A stretch of 64,000 nucleotides of DNA from Amoebidium appalachense (taxonomy: Eukaryota > Protista > Ichthyosporea), in NCBI GenBank assembly GCA_963693365.1, contig CAVNZM010000008.1, positions 7,938,318 to 8,002,317 of the forward strand. Reading direction: 5' to 3'. A program made the translations under genes and the position numbers. Each line of letters starts with the position of its first letter. Within the stretch, counting starts at the first letter, position 1. The notes below the pieces were generated by a model. The model made no database searches. It saw nothing but the letters and a program-made list of their open reading frames with translations, and was not told where the DNA came from. Of the stretch, positions 50,808-60,416 are shown piece by piece.

Positions 50808-51299
50808 TCAAGGTCTTGTACCAAGGGCTAACGCGGCCCGAGACACAGGCACTCCTGGAGGAAGGTAATCCACCTCCGACCCAGAGCTACTGACTTCCTC
50901 TCGTGTCCTCTTCTGCTGTCTTCGTGGTTTCTTCCGTGTCTTGGACCCCTGTGTGATGTGCAAACGTGAGCGCTGCAGGGGCTGGGGGGCCAAGTCCACG
51001 GGATAGGAGCTGCCATGCTCGCCAGCACGAAGTGCAGGTGCCGCTGCCAGGACAGGGGGTGCCACGGTTGCTGCTGGGGGTGCCACGGTCAGCGCTGGGG
51101 GTGCCACGGTTGCTGCTGGGGGTGCCACGGTTGCTGCTGTAGTGGTGCGCGAAGCCATGCGGGTGTGCCTAGCAAGGGCGCGCGCGAAACGGGCCTGGGT
51201 GTCCCGCAGGGCCTTTGCATCCTCCTCCAAAGTCTTGAGTCTTGTCTCTATTTTTTCAGCGCGCCTTTCTAGATCTTTGATATCATCTTTAGAACTCAT
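50808..51299 (-). CDS. Coiled-coil + ATVAPP-repeat protein
   Basis: 163-aa ORF with an upstream TATAAAAG on the minus strand near 51385. An acidic tail continues in another frame to about 50710. Confidence 0.65.
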   Translation of the reverse strand: MSSKDDIKDLERRAEKIETRLKTLEEDAKALRDTQARFARALARHTRMASRTTTAATVAPPAATVAPPALTVAPPAATVAPPVLAAAPALRAGEHGSSYPVDLAPQPLQRSRLHITQGSKTRKKPRRQQKRTREEVSSSGSEVDYLPPGVPVSRAALALGTRP

Positions 51300-52192
51300 T
51301 TTCGTGACAGTTGGATGTACGTTGTGTGCCCAGGGAGAAGCTAGCTAACATGGAAAAGGTGTGTGGATTGAAGAGAGTATGGGCTTTTATATGCCGTACC
51401 CGGCTTTGGCATCACATGGGTTATTGCATTAGATTGGTTGGATATACCCAGCCGCGACGCTTGATTGGATCTAGAGATCGCGTGAACATCTGATTGGTTA
51501 ATTGTCATCTTGGCATCTTGGTGTATCCGATAAGTTGGGGCTCAACCAAATCTGCTGACTGATTGATGCATTCTGATTGGATCTTAAACAAGAGCATGTT
51601 TTGACTTGAGAATTGTCATTTTGACAGATTGGATTGTAATCCGATCTTTGCAAGGCCGTCAGTGTTTGAACACAATGTATTTTGATGTAGCAACTCCTAA
51701 AAAACACGAATATGCTTCCCAACAATTACGAGCATTATTCTGTCTATCAGGGATACAAAAATTGGTCAGGAAAAGTACACAATCACATGGTGCTGACAGC
51801 TTGAGCACGATGTCAACTGATAGCGAATCGGTGCACTGCCTGCTGGGAACAACATGTCACTTTTGAGCAGCACTTAGGAAACTCGCGCTCACGTGGATCC
51901 AATACTTATACACCAACCAGAAGTGTGCTGCACGAAAAAGGGGTCCGAGCTGGATACAAATGGCGTTGGTGTGTGCGTGTGTGTGTTTTATTTTGCATTG
52001 TGTAAGGAGCGCTTTTTTTTGTTCACACTGGTTTACTTCGTGTAAATAATCAGTGGCGAGTTTTTTTAGTTCACGGTGTGTTTGCGCATCATAGGATTTT
52101 GCTTTATTTTGCACTGTGTAAGAGGAACCTTTTATTTTGGGTCATACTTGAAAAACTAAACACCTCCTGCCCAACCGGCTGCAAACGACACA

Positions 52193-52567
52193 ATGGATGA
52201 AACAGTCACACAGCGCCAAGATGCACACACCGAGCAGCTGCAAGAGACCAACAAGATGCTGAAGGAGGCCAACGAGGGGCTGCACGGGCTGATCCAGCAG
52301 CTGAGGGAGTTGAACAACGACATGGACAAGGACAACGACTCGCTGCGCACAATGAACAAGAACCAGCGGGAGGTGATCAAGGGCCTGCAAGAGGAGCGCA
52401 ACAAGGTGTGCGAAGAGAACAAGAATTTGGTGGTGGAGAACCAAGAGCTGCAGCTGGAAAACGACAAGCTGAAGAAGCAAAAGGACTTTCTACGGGCCTG
52501 TCTCATACGGCTGGGCCAGTCCGCTAAGACTCCGGATCAATCCGTTTCATCCGATCATGAGGGATAA
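52193..52567 (+). CDS. Coiled-coil hypothetical protein
   Basis: 124-aa ORF with a continuous heptad pattern and strong G/C third-position bias. Confidence 0.75.
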   Translation: MDETVTQRQDAHTEQLQETNKMLKEANEGLHGLIQQLRELNNDMDKDNDSLRTMNKNQREVIKGLQEERNKVCEENKNLVVENQELQLENDKLKKQKDFLRACLIRLGQSAKTPDQSVSSDHEG

Positions 52568-53069
52568 CACGTGCGAGTGATTTCATTCTGTTACTTAGTA
52601 TGTATATACAGACAAGACAAGGAATTGTATGCACACGGTAGTTCGGAAATGGGTTGGAAATTCTTATCATATTTGGTCGAGTAACATCTAGTGTGGGACA
52701 CTTGTCTGTGTTACTCAGAATCAGTACCTTGAGTAAGATAATTATTGTTACTCAGTGCAACAAGTTTCAGGTGACGTGTATCTGCTTATACATATTAAAT
52801 ATATCCTGGGTGTAGGGCTGGCTCCCTAATGGACACTCCAAACCCACATATTTGTAACAATATTATCGACCATAATCCCAACGCACACCAGACATGTGCT
52901 CCGATGACTCCCTGGCTGTGGGCCTCCTTATATTCACATGCTGCGCCATCCAGGGCACAGTTGCACCTTCACCGGCAGTCGCACACACACACGCACTGCG
53001 CGATACCTGCATTATTCTCTACACTGCCGCCTATTTTTCTGTACTGATTCATATAACTGCAGCGACAGA

Positions 53070-53906
53070 ATGTCGCAGCCCGTGTCGTACCACAGAAGAT
53101 CCTTCAGAAGGTCAATTCGCACAAGGGTAGTTCGCTGGCTCAAAGCCTTCAAAGGGACAGCTCGTCCCTCGCCCATGCCCTCCTCCTCCGTCGGATCCCT
53201 CGGTGGCAGCAGCGACAGCGTGGTGTCCCAGCGCTCCCAGGTCAGCCGAAACGACTTGCCCCAATCCAGGTCGATGGTCACCGCATCCCCGGCCCCCTCC
53301 AGTGGACACGTCGAAAACACGAGGTGGTTGAGTCCAGACCTGTTCGACGCTTCTACCGACTGCAGCGGCAGCATCGTGTCCGACAGCATCGTGTCGCCCT
53401 TCCCGAGTCGTGCGTGGAGCTGCAGCGGCCGGCTCGCCACCCTCCCGGCGCCGTTCGAGTCGAACGTCATGCTAGACACAAGCAGCGACAGCCGATTGAC
53501 AAATAGCTTCAGGTCCTGCTCAAAAGCCATGTTCAATTCTGGTGCAGATGCAGACTGGCAGCTCCCCGCGTCCAACACGGCTTTTTATACCCTTCCCAAC
53601 TTGCGTCTGCGTCGGCGCACACTCATTCGCAAGGTGCCAGTTCTCGAGGCGCTGCATGACCACGAGTGCGCGCTTGCATGTTTCGGTGTGTGTGTGCGCG
53701 GGCCCGACACGGTGTGTGAGGTGCTGAGCGTGCGCTGTTGCACAAGCATGTGGACCGCAGGTGTGCGACCGGGAGACATTGTGGTGGCGTGCGAGATCAA
53801 GCGCGCAGAATCAGGGTGGCGCAAGGTGTCCCTCGAGCTCGAGGAGGGTGCATGGACCAGCAACCTGTGCGCGGCAGGGTGCAAGCGGAGAAAGTGGTTT
53901 CACTAG
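53070..53906 (+). CDS. Hypothetical Ser-rich protein with a possible C-terminal PDZ-like domain
   Basis: Long ORF; the segment FGVCVRG...EVLSV...SMWTAGVRPGDIVVA resembles the PDZ AGLxxGDxI motif. Confidence 0.55.
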   Translation: MSQPVSYHRRSFRRSIRTRVVRWLKAFKGTARPSPMPSSSVGSLGGSSDSVVSQRSQVSRNDLPQSRSMVTASPAPSSGHVENTRWLSPDLFDASTDCSGSIVSDSIVSPFPSRAWSCSGRLATLPAPFESNVMLDTSSDSRLTNSFRSCSKAMFNSGADADWQLPASNTAFYTLPNLRLRRRTLIRKVPVLEALHDHECALACFGVCVRGPDTVCEVLSVRCCTSMWTAGVRPGDIVVACEIKRAESGWRKVSLELEEGAWTSNLCAAGCKRRKWFH

Positions 53907-54301
53907 GGAGGGGTTGTGCAGGGCAAGCGCCCAAAATTTTGGGGTAGAGGTCATGTCAAAACGAAGAGGTCGGTCCAAAAAGAGGGGTCACAGACGTGCA
54001 AGGATGTACGTGTATACCGATGAGTTCATGCCAAAATACCGGAGGCTGGCCCTTCGACAAATTGTGCGAATAAAGCGAAAAACACACTGAGATTTATTCT
54101 GTCGACATCGATGTTGGAAAAATCACATACCATTATGCACATAACCACCGACCCGAATTTACCCCTAAAGTTTGACAACCCGAGATTACATCAATGACAA
54201 ATATACGATCCTACAACAACCCCGAATGAATTCTATCACTTGCACACGAAACAAGTTCCCTAAAAGAGCATACACAGACACAGCATCACCACGGCCATCC
54301 C

Positions 54302-55711
54302 CTACGGGCCCTGCTTCTGGCAGTCCTTCTTGTGCTCACCCCACCCGCGGGTCTGGCAGTCCCTGCTGCAGTAGTAGACATGCTTACAGGCCGAGCACTT
54401 CTTGGTGGGCCCGGTCGAGCCGCAGGTGGCACAGGCCACAGAGGGCACCTTGTCGATGAAGTGCCTGACGGCCCGGTCGCACCATTCATACATACACATG
54501 TTGTCCATGTCGTACTCCGTGGACACGGGAAGACCCCACACCGCCAACTCCGCAATCTGCCGAACAGCCTCGGGCGTGGTGTGCGCGAGGCCGGAAGACG
54601 CGCACAGTACATGAAGCATCATTCTGAAGACAATACCGGCGCCCGTGCTGATGTTTCCGGCATAGAGGGCATTGTAGTCCCGCTCCTCCAGCAAGTAGCG
54701 GTGGAAGACGCAGTAGTGCCTGAAACACGCGAAGTAGGTAGCCATGTTGCGTTCGGTCGCAGTTACCGTTGGGTCGTTCACCCACCTCCGCTCCTCTATA
54801 GCACGCATCTCGGCCGCCAGGGTAGCCTCGCATTCCATGTAGCGCTCCTTGTTGCCAAACACACGCAGGTCGCCGCACTCCAGAACTTTCAGCATCAGTT
54901 TGCAGACCGGGTCCGAGTGGAACCGCAAGTGGCTGTCCAGGGTGTAGACGACGACCTCGTTTTCCGACACCGTTGGGTCTTGGTGGGTGGGTTGCTCCTT
55001 GCAGTCCTTCTTGTGCTCGGGCCACTTTTGTTTCATACAGATGTCGTTGCAGAAGTAGGCGTTTCTGCAGCGGGAGCACTTCTTTGTGTCGACGGGCGAG
55101 CGGCACTGGAGACATGACACGGAAGGCAACTCGTTCACAAAGTGCTCGACGGCCCGGTTAGCCCAATCATTGTACACCACGTTGTCAATGTCCTTGCATA
55201 ACGTATACGTACCCAAGGCGGAAGTGGCCGGCTCTTGACTGAAGTGGGCAGGGGGTCGGGCCTTGAGACCGGACCGCTCGCATAGCGCCGTCCCCACGAG
55301 CATGAAGAAGTCCTGAACCCCTTGACCGAGCGTGCCCTCGTGGAGAGCCTCATGGTCCGGCTTCCCCAGCACGTAGCGCTGGAAGGCGGCGTACATTGGG
55401 AATGCGATGGAGTGCAGACAAGTGTCCCAGAGGGGCGGCACCCGCCCAGGCCCGTGGGGTTGTCTCTCCAAATGCAGCAGCAAAGTTTTCATGTCGTTTT
55501 CAAGGACTGAACGGAACGCAGCGAAGCTCTCCTGTGTTTCGAAGATGCGGAGGTCGCCGTCTCTCGCAACTTCCAGCAGGCGAGCGCTGGCAGGGTCCCG
55601 GTGGAGCCGATACTTGTCGTCCACGGCATAGACGACGACCTTGTCCGTGTCCGAGCCGGGGGGCCGGACGACGAAAGGCAAAGCCACGGCCTCTTCAGGT
55701 GTTCGGTCCAT
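54302..55711 (-). CDS. Protein with two tandem ~230-aa modules, each ending in a MYND zinc finger
   Basis: CLQC...KKCSRCRNAYFCNDICMKQKWPEHKKDC and CATC...KKCSACKHVYYCSRDCQTRGWGEHKKDC. Confidence 0.9.
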   Translation of the reverse strand: MDRTPEEAVALPFVVRPPGSDTDKVVVYAVDDKYRLHRDPASARLLEVARDGDLRIFETQESFAAFRSVLENDMKTLLLHLERQPHGPGRVPPLWDTCLHSIAFPMYAAFQRYVLGKPDHEALHEGTLGQGVQDFFMLVGTALCERSGLKARPPAHFSQEPATSALGTYTLCKDIDNVVYNDWANRAVEHFVNELPSVSCLQCRSPVDTKKCSRCRNAYFCNDICMKQKWPEHKKDCKEQPTHQDPTVSENEVVVYTLDSHLRFHSDPVCKLMLKVLECGDLRVFGNKERYMECEATLAAEMRAIEERRWVNDPTVTATERNMATYFACFRHYCVFHRYLLEERDYNALYAGNISTGAGIVFRMMLHVLCASSGLAHTTPEAVRQIAELAVWGLPVSTEYDMDNMCMYEWCDRAVRHFIDKVPSVACATCGSTGPTKKCSACKHVYYCSRDCQTRGWGEHKKDCQKQGP

Positions 55712-56115
55712 GCTTGTGCGTGAATGCCAGCGTGTGCTGATTTGTCTAGTGAAACGATCCGCTGAGAGGAGTGTGTGAGAGAGAAAGCGAAAAAGTGACG
55801 CCTTTTGTAGTGCAGTCCGATCAGCCATCTGAAAAGCACTGGTATGGCATGACCGTAGCGCCATTTGATTGGAGATCTCGTTAGATTACGCCTCACGCGC
55901 TGATTGGTCAGCCGCGATTGGGTCGTAAATATATAATTCCGATTGGATCATGTGGTTACATCTCATGTAAAGTCAATTTTGATTCCATCAGATAAATCAT
56001 GTCCATCCAATCAAAACGCGATAGCTGTCAGCCTTGCCCTGCCTGGCAGGCATAAAATGCCGCGACTCAGCAGATTGCTGACACTTTTCACTCTTCCTGT
56101 TTCTCTTCACCAACA

Positions 56116-56553
56116 ATGTCCGGCACACCATCTCCAAAGGCCGGCCCTGACCCAGCCGAGCAGCCTGCCAGTCCACGGCCCCCAGGGTCATTTGCCACGT
56201 GGCCTCCCGAATGGCAGCAGTACCTGTACGAGGAGGCAAAGCGCGACTGCGACCGTGCGCGCGCCAGCGAGCGGGAGGCGCAGCGCAAGTACAAGGTGCT
56301 GCGCAAGAAGTACCTGCACCTCAAGGCCAACTTGCGCCTGTACTCATGGAGGGTCCTGAAGAACCTCAGCGACGACGAGCACATGTACGATGAGGAGTTC
56401 CAGGGGCCCCCCGCCGAGGAGCGCCCCATTTGCATCTTGAGCTCCGACGAGGAGCCCCTCGACAAGAAGCCCCCCGAGAAGAAGCGCGCGCGGTCGCCCG
56501 AGGACACTTCGCCGCCCACCGAGAAGCGCAGCCGTGCTGGACACGAGGAGTAA
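56116..56553 (+). CDS. Hypothetical protein (coiled coil, acidic stretch, NLS-like KKRAR)
   Basis: 145-aa ORF with biased codons, a TATA-like CATAAAA upstream and AATAAA right after the stop. Confidence 0.7.
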   Translation: MSGTPSPKAGPDPAEQPASPRPPGSFATWPPEWQQYLYEEAKRDCDRARASEREAQRKYKVLRKKYLHLKANLRLYSWRVLKNLSDDEHMYDEEFQGPPAEERPICILSSDEEPLDKKPPEKKRARSPEDTSPPTEKRSRAGHEE

Positions 56554-56725
56554 ATAAAAATTGCCACTTCCTCTTCCACACCTGTGTTGTGGACCGTAGC
56601 GCTTGCATGCATGGTGCTGCTCGTGCTGGCGTGCTGGCACTCAGGGGGAGGGGGGGGGGGGGGGGGAGAGCTCAAAGGTATAAAAGGCAGCAGGCATGCG
56701 TAAATATTTTCTCAGTATTACTATA

Positions 56726-58255
56726 ATGCAGTCACACCAACAGACTGGACAGGAGACAATGTTTGGAGGTATCGACCAGGAACGCATCAGAAAAAGGAGC
56801 AAAGAGCGCTTTGAAGCCTTTGAGTACCTCGGAGCTGATGCCTATAAGGGGCTGATGATGAACCCAGCCACCTGCGAATTCAGAGAGTGGACCAGAGAGG
56901 AGGTGGAAGAATTTATAGGCGCCAACGTTGCACACATCAGCGGGACAACCCTTTTTGTACTCAAAACATTTGACCATGAGATCAAACAGCATGTTGCAAA
57001 GATCGTCAGCAAGCAGGAAATCTACGCAACACTTTCACTCTTTTCATTTCGACAGCCGAATATGAAGGTTGGAAAGCAATGGAAGCCCCAACCTCCAATC
57101 AACGGGACAGAAATCTTAAAAACAACAGCAATCCCCATCTACACAAAGATCATATTTGACCCGGCTGATCCTGACCCCAAAACTGGAAAACGAAAGCCAG
57201 ACAACACCGACTCAGTCTATCGTCCATACAATATCTATCGAGGACTCCGTTTCAGGTTTGACCCGGAGTATTGCCTGCGTCAAGACCTGACCAGCTCGTT
57301 TCATGAACATGCCAGAACGGTTCTATGCAACGGCCGGGATGACGAGTACAGCTATCTGCGAATGTGGGTTGCTCATCTGTTTCAGTACCCTGGAAGCAAA
57401 CCAGGTACAGCGCTGCTGTTTGTATCTGAGCAGGGAACCGGAAAGAACGTGTGGTGGCAGGCAATCATGGACATCCTTTCACCCGAATACTACGCCTATG
57501 TCATTCACCGGGAGCACATGTCAGGAAAGTTCAACCAGCACATTGCAAACAAGCTTCTTGTGCTATGTGATGAGGTGACCTGGGGTGGGTCGCACGAAAC
57601 AAACAATTTGATGAAGGCACGCATAACACAGCCGACCATGATGTTGGAGAAAAAGGGCTGTGATGCAATCAACACCAACTCCTATGAGCGGTATGTGGTC
57701 TTGTCAAACGAAGACTGGCCTGTACGAGTGGAAACAAGTGATAGGCGCTGGGCATGTTTTGGTGTCAGTCCGGAGCGAATTGGTGACCACAAATACTTCG
57801 AGGCCTTTGTGGAATATCACAGACGTCCAGAAGTGTTAGAAGCTATTTACCACGACTTCATGAGCATGCCAGACATCCCCAAAACCATGCCCAGACCTAT
57901 GGATAACGACACAAAGATGAACATCAAATCGATCAGTCGGAGCGACGAGGCTCAATTTCTCAAGGACCTCATCTCGCACACAAACGGCTGTGAGGAGTTT
58001 GACTTCATTTACAGTGGCTGTGCAGTTACCCCTACAGGCTTGTTCCAGCTGTACCAAGCTTGGCACAAGATCAATGCCCGAGACACGAAACTGCCAAGCA
58101 ACCGGACTTTCGGGATGGCTATCAGGAAAATCCTAGGCAAGCCGAAGACTACACTGGAAGCAAACATCTGCAGATGGCCATACCATCCCCCAACTGGTGC
58201 CAGCACGAAGGCAGATTGCTATGTATTATGCCCCAGAGCCATTTCGAAGGCATGA
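56726..58255 (+). CDS. D5-like superfamily-3 helicase (primase-associated type) with a putative C-terminal winged-helix domain
   Basis: YNIYRG motif, Walker A LLFVSEQGTGKN, Walker B LLVLCDE, sensor VVLSN and arginine finger SDRRW. TATAAAAG at 56680. Confidence 0.9.
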   Translation: MQSHQQTGQETMFGGIDQERIRKRSKERFEAFEYLGADAYKGLMMNPATCEFREWTREEVEEFIGANVAHISGTTLFVLKTFDHEIKQHVAKIVSKQEIYATLSLFSFRQPNMKVGKQWKPQPPINGTEILKTTAIPIYTKIIFDPADPDPKTGKRKPDNTDSVYRPYNIYRGLRFRFDPEYCLRQDLTSSFHEHARTVLCNGRDDEYSYLRMWVAHLFQYPGSKPGTALLFVSEQGTGKNVWWQAIMDILSPEYYAYVIHREHMSGKFNQHIANKLLVLCDEVTWGGSHETNNLMKARITQPTMMLEKKGCDAINTNSYERYVVLSNEDWPVRVETSDRRWACFGVSPERIGDHKYFEAFVEYHRRPEVLEAIYHDFMSMPDIPKTMPRPMDNDTKMNIKSISRSDEAQFLKDLISHTNGCEEFDFIYSGCAVTPTGLFQLYQAWHKINARDTKLPSNRTFGMAIRKILGKPKTTLEANICRWPYHPPTGASTKADCYVLCPRAISKA

Positions 58256-58562
58256 GTTCTTCTCCCGACCCATCCCGATCAATGTCCCGACGGAAACTCG
58301 AAATCGGGAGGTGTCGGGAGATAACGATTGGTGTAATGTCACGTGACTTTGCAGTTTTACTAACTGATTTCTCATAGCTTCCTTATAAGGTTATTTTATC
58401 GGGGGAATCGGGAGGTCGGGGGAGGGTTAGAGCAAGAGGGGGACCAAAAAATGGAGCCATTTGATTGGAGGGTGGGGGGTTTTGGGGGTTTTCGTAGGGA
58501 GCAACAGAGAACCCCCGATCAGTCCAGATGGTTTATTTTGTATCAAGACTTTACAGTGAAAC

Positions 58563-59033
58563 ATGGAGGCACAGCTGGCCTTTGTGTGTGATTGGGAGAC
58601 TTGTAAAATGCCTTTTGATAGCAATGCAGCACTGAAGCGTCACGCTCTCACACACCTGGGTCACCGTCCTTATGTCTGTTCATGGCCAGGGTGCTCAAGA
58701 AGATTTACACAAAAGCAGTCATTTGAGGTTCACTATCGGCTTCATACAGGAGAAACACCATACAAGTGCAGTTGGGAGGGTTGCATTGCTGTTTTCAGAT
58801 GCAAAAGCCAATTGAAAATGCACCAGTACAAACACACAGATGCAAGGGCGTTTAAATGCACATGGGATGGATGTGAAGCTAACTTCAAAAGCAAAGATGC
58901 ACTCGTAGTGCATATGAATCGCCACACTGGAGATCGTCCGTATCAATGTAAGGAACCAGGCTGCAAGTTCTCGTATCGTCAGCGTGCAAGTCTCTGGTAT
59001 CACGTCCGAAAACACCATACCATCACCCAATAA
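58563..59033 (+). CDS. C2H2 zinc-finger protein with 5 fingers
   Basis: Five CxxxxC...HxxxH fingers with HTGETPY and HTGDRPY linkers. Confidence 0.92.
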   Translation: MEAQLAFVCDWETCKMPFDSNAALKRHALTHLGHRPYVCSWPGCSRRFTQKQSFEVHYRLHTGETPYKCSWEGCIAVFRCKSQLKMHQYKHTDARAFKCTWDGCEANFKSKDALVVHMNRHTGDRPYQCKEPGCKFSYRQRASLWYHVRKHHTITQ

Positions 59034-59253
59034 ACCTGGCACCAGTGAGCAAGCAGGTCTTGCAATATGTCTCAAACAACTTGCAAAGACACTGCGCCCG
59101 GGCCTGGGTGGCTGGGAGGGGCAGGCGAGGCACGCACGGCCCCAGGAGGCGGATGTGGCACCTGCGCCGGTGAGACACACGAGCCACCCCCAGCCACAGA
59201 TGCCCCTAATTGATATACAGGGCATGGTTCGCTTTTTTCTTGCGCCAACTACA

Positions 59254-59946
59254 ATGGCTAGTCCACGTGACGAAGCGTGGGTGAGGGAGCGACTTATGCG
59301 ACTGGAGGGTGGGAAGAGCGAGGTGTATACTCCCGCCGGTAGGATCGACCTGCTGACGGACACGGATGTCATTGAAGTGAAGAAGGTTCAATATTGGAAA
59401 TCGGCGATGGGGCAGGTACTTGCATACAAAGACCACTACCCCACCCATCGTGCGCGAGTCCATCTATATGGCTATGCCTCCGCTGACACGTACAAGGTAG
59501 CTGTGGAGACCATGATGCGTCATAACATCACCGTAACGGCAGAACATGATACACTGCAGCATATATGGGGTCCACACCCCAAATCAGAAACTACAAAGCC
59601 CAAGAATGCCCAGAGGAAGCAAGTAGAACGGCAATTTTTAAGAGATTTGCTCTCCCATACCAACGGATGTGAGGACATGACTTTTATAAAGGATAGCTGC
59701 TTGGTGAGATCATCGGGGCTGTACCAGCTATACCTTTCATGGCATAAACTGAATCTCTCTTCCACAGCGACTCCAAGTTTAAAAATCTTCGGCATGACCC
59801 TCAGGAAGATTTTGGGAAAACCCAAAGCTGCCAAAGTGAAAAGAGTTACGCGCTGGCCAGACCACCCTCGCGTGTCCGAAACAAACAAGGTTGTCTATTG
59901 CTACAGGATCGATGGTCAGGTCATCAACAGCCCGGAGCAGCAGTAG
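59254..59946 (+). CDS. PD-(D/E)xK-type nuclease fused to a copy of the helicase C-terminal domain
   Basis: EVYTPAGRIDLLTDTDVIEVKK...WKSAMGQVLAY is a restriction-like fold motif. The C-terminal ~100 aa align with the last ~100 aa of the helicase. Confidence 0.85.
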   Translation: MASPRDEAWVRERLMRLEGGKSEVYTPAGRIDLLTDTDVIEVKKVQYWKSAMGQVLAYKDHYPTHRARVHLYGYASADTYKVAVETMMRHNITVTAEHDTLQHIWGPHPKSETTKPKNAQRKQVERQFLRDLLSHTNGCEDMTFIKDSCLVRSSGLYQLYLSWHKLNLSSTATPSLKIFGMTLRKILGKPKAAKVKRVTRWPDHPRVSETNKVVYCYRIDGQVINSPEQQ

Positions 59947-60019
59947 CCGTTGGAAATTATTTTCTCCCCCTCTCAATAACACCATGTATCTGTGTACGTG
60001 CAAGACCCCCCAAGGCATC

Positions 60020-60244
60020 ATGGTCCGCCCGTACAAGGTGTATCGGTGCACAGTCGACGGTTGCGGCTACTCCACCACCCGCAACAGCAACTTCGCGGCG
60101 CACAGCGACAGGCATGCGGGGATTCTGCGGCACGTGTGCGCGCATGCGGGGTGCGGGCGGCAGTTTCGGTATGCCTTGAGCCTCAAGCGGCACATGCGGC
60201 TGCACACCAAAGAACCGGGGAGCCCGATTCGGACCCGAAACTAG
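60020..60244 (+). CDS. Small C2H2 zinc-finger protein with 2 fingers
   Basis: YRCTVDGCGYS...HSDRH and HVCAHAGCGRQF...LKRHMRLH. Confidence 0.8.
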   Translation: MVRPYKVYRCTVDGCGYSTTRNSNFAAHSDRHAGILRHVCAHAGCGRQFRYALSLKRHMRLHTKEPGSPIRTRN

Positions 60245-60416
60245 CGCGGGTGGCTGGGAGGGGCACGCGAGGCACGCGAGGCACAGGAGGCACGCGTGGC
60301 TGACGGGGCACCGGTGCACACAGGCCCCTCCCAGCCCCCCAGGCCCCCAGGCCCCCAGGCCCCCAGCCCGGATGGGTGACCGAGGACGACAGATGTGGAC
60401 CCGACTCGGGGTGGGT

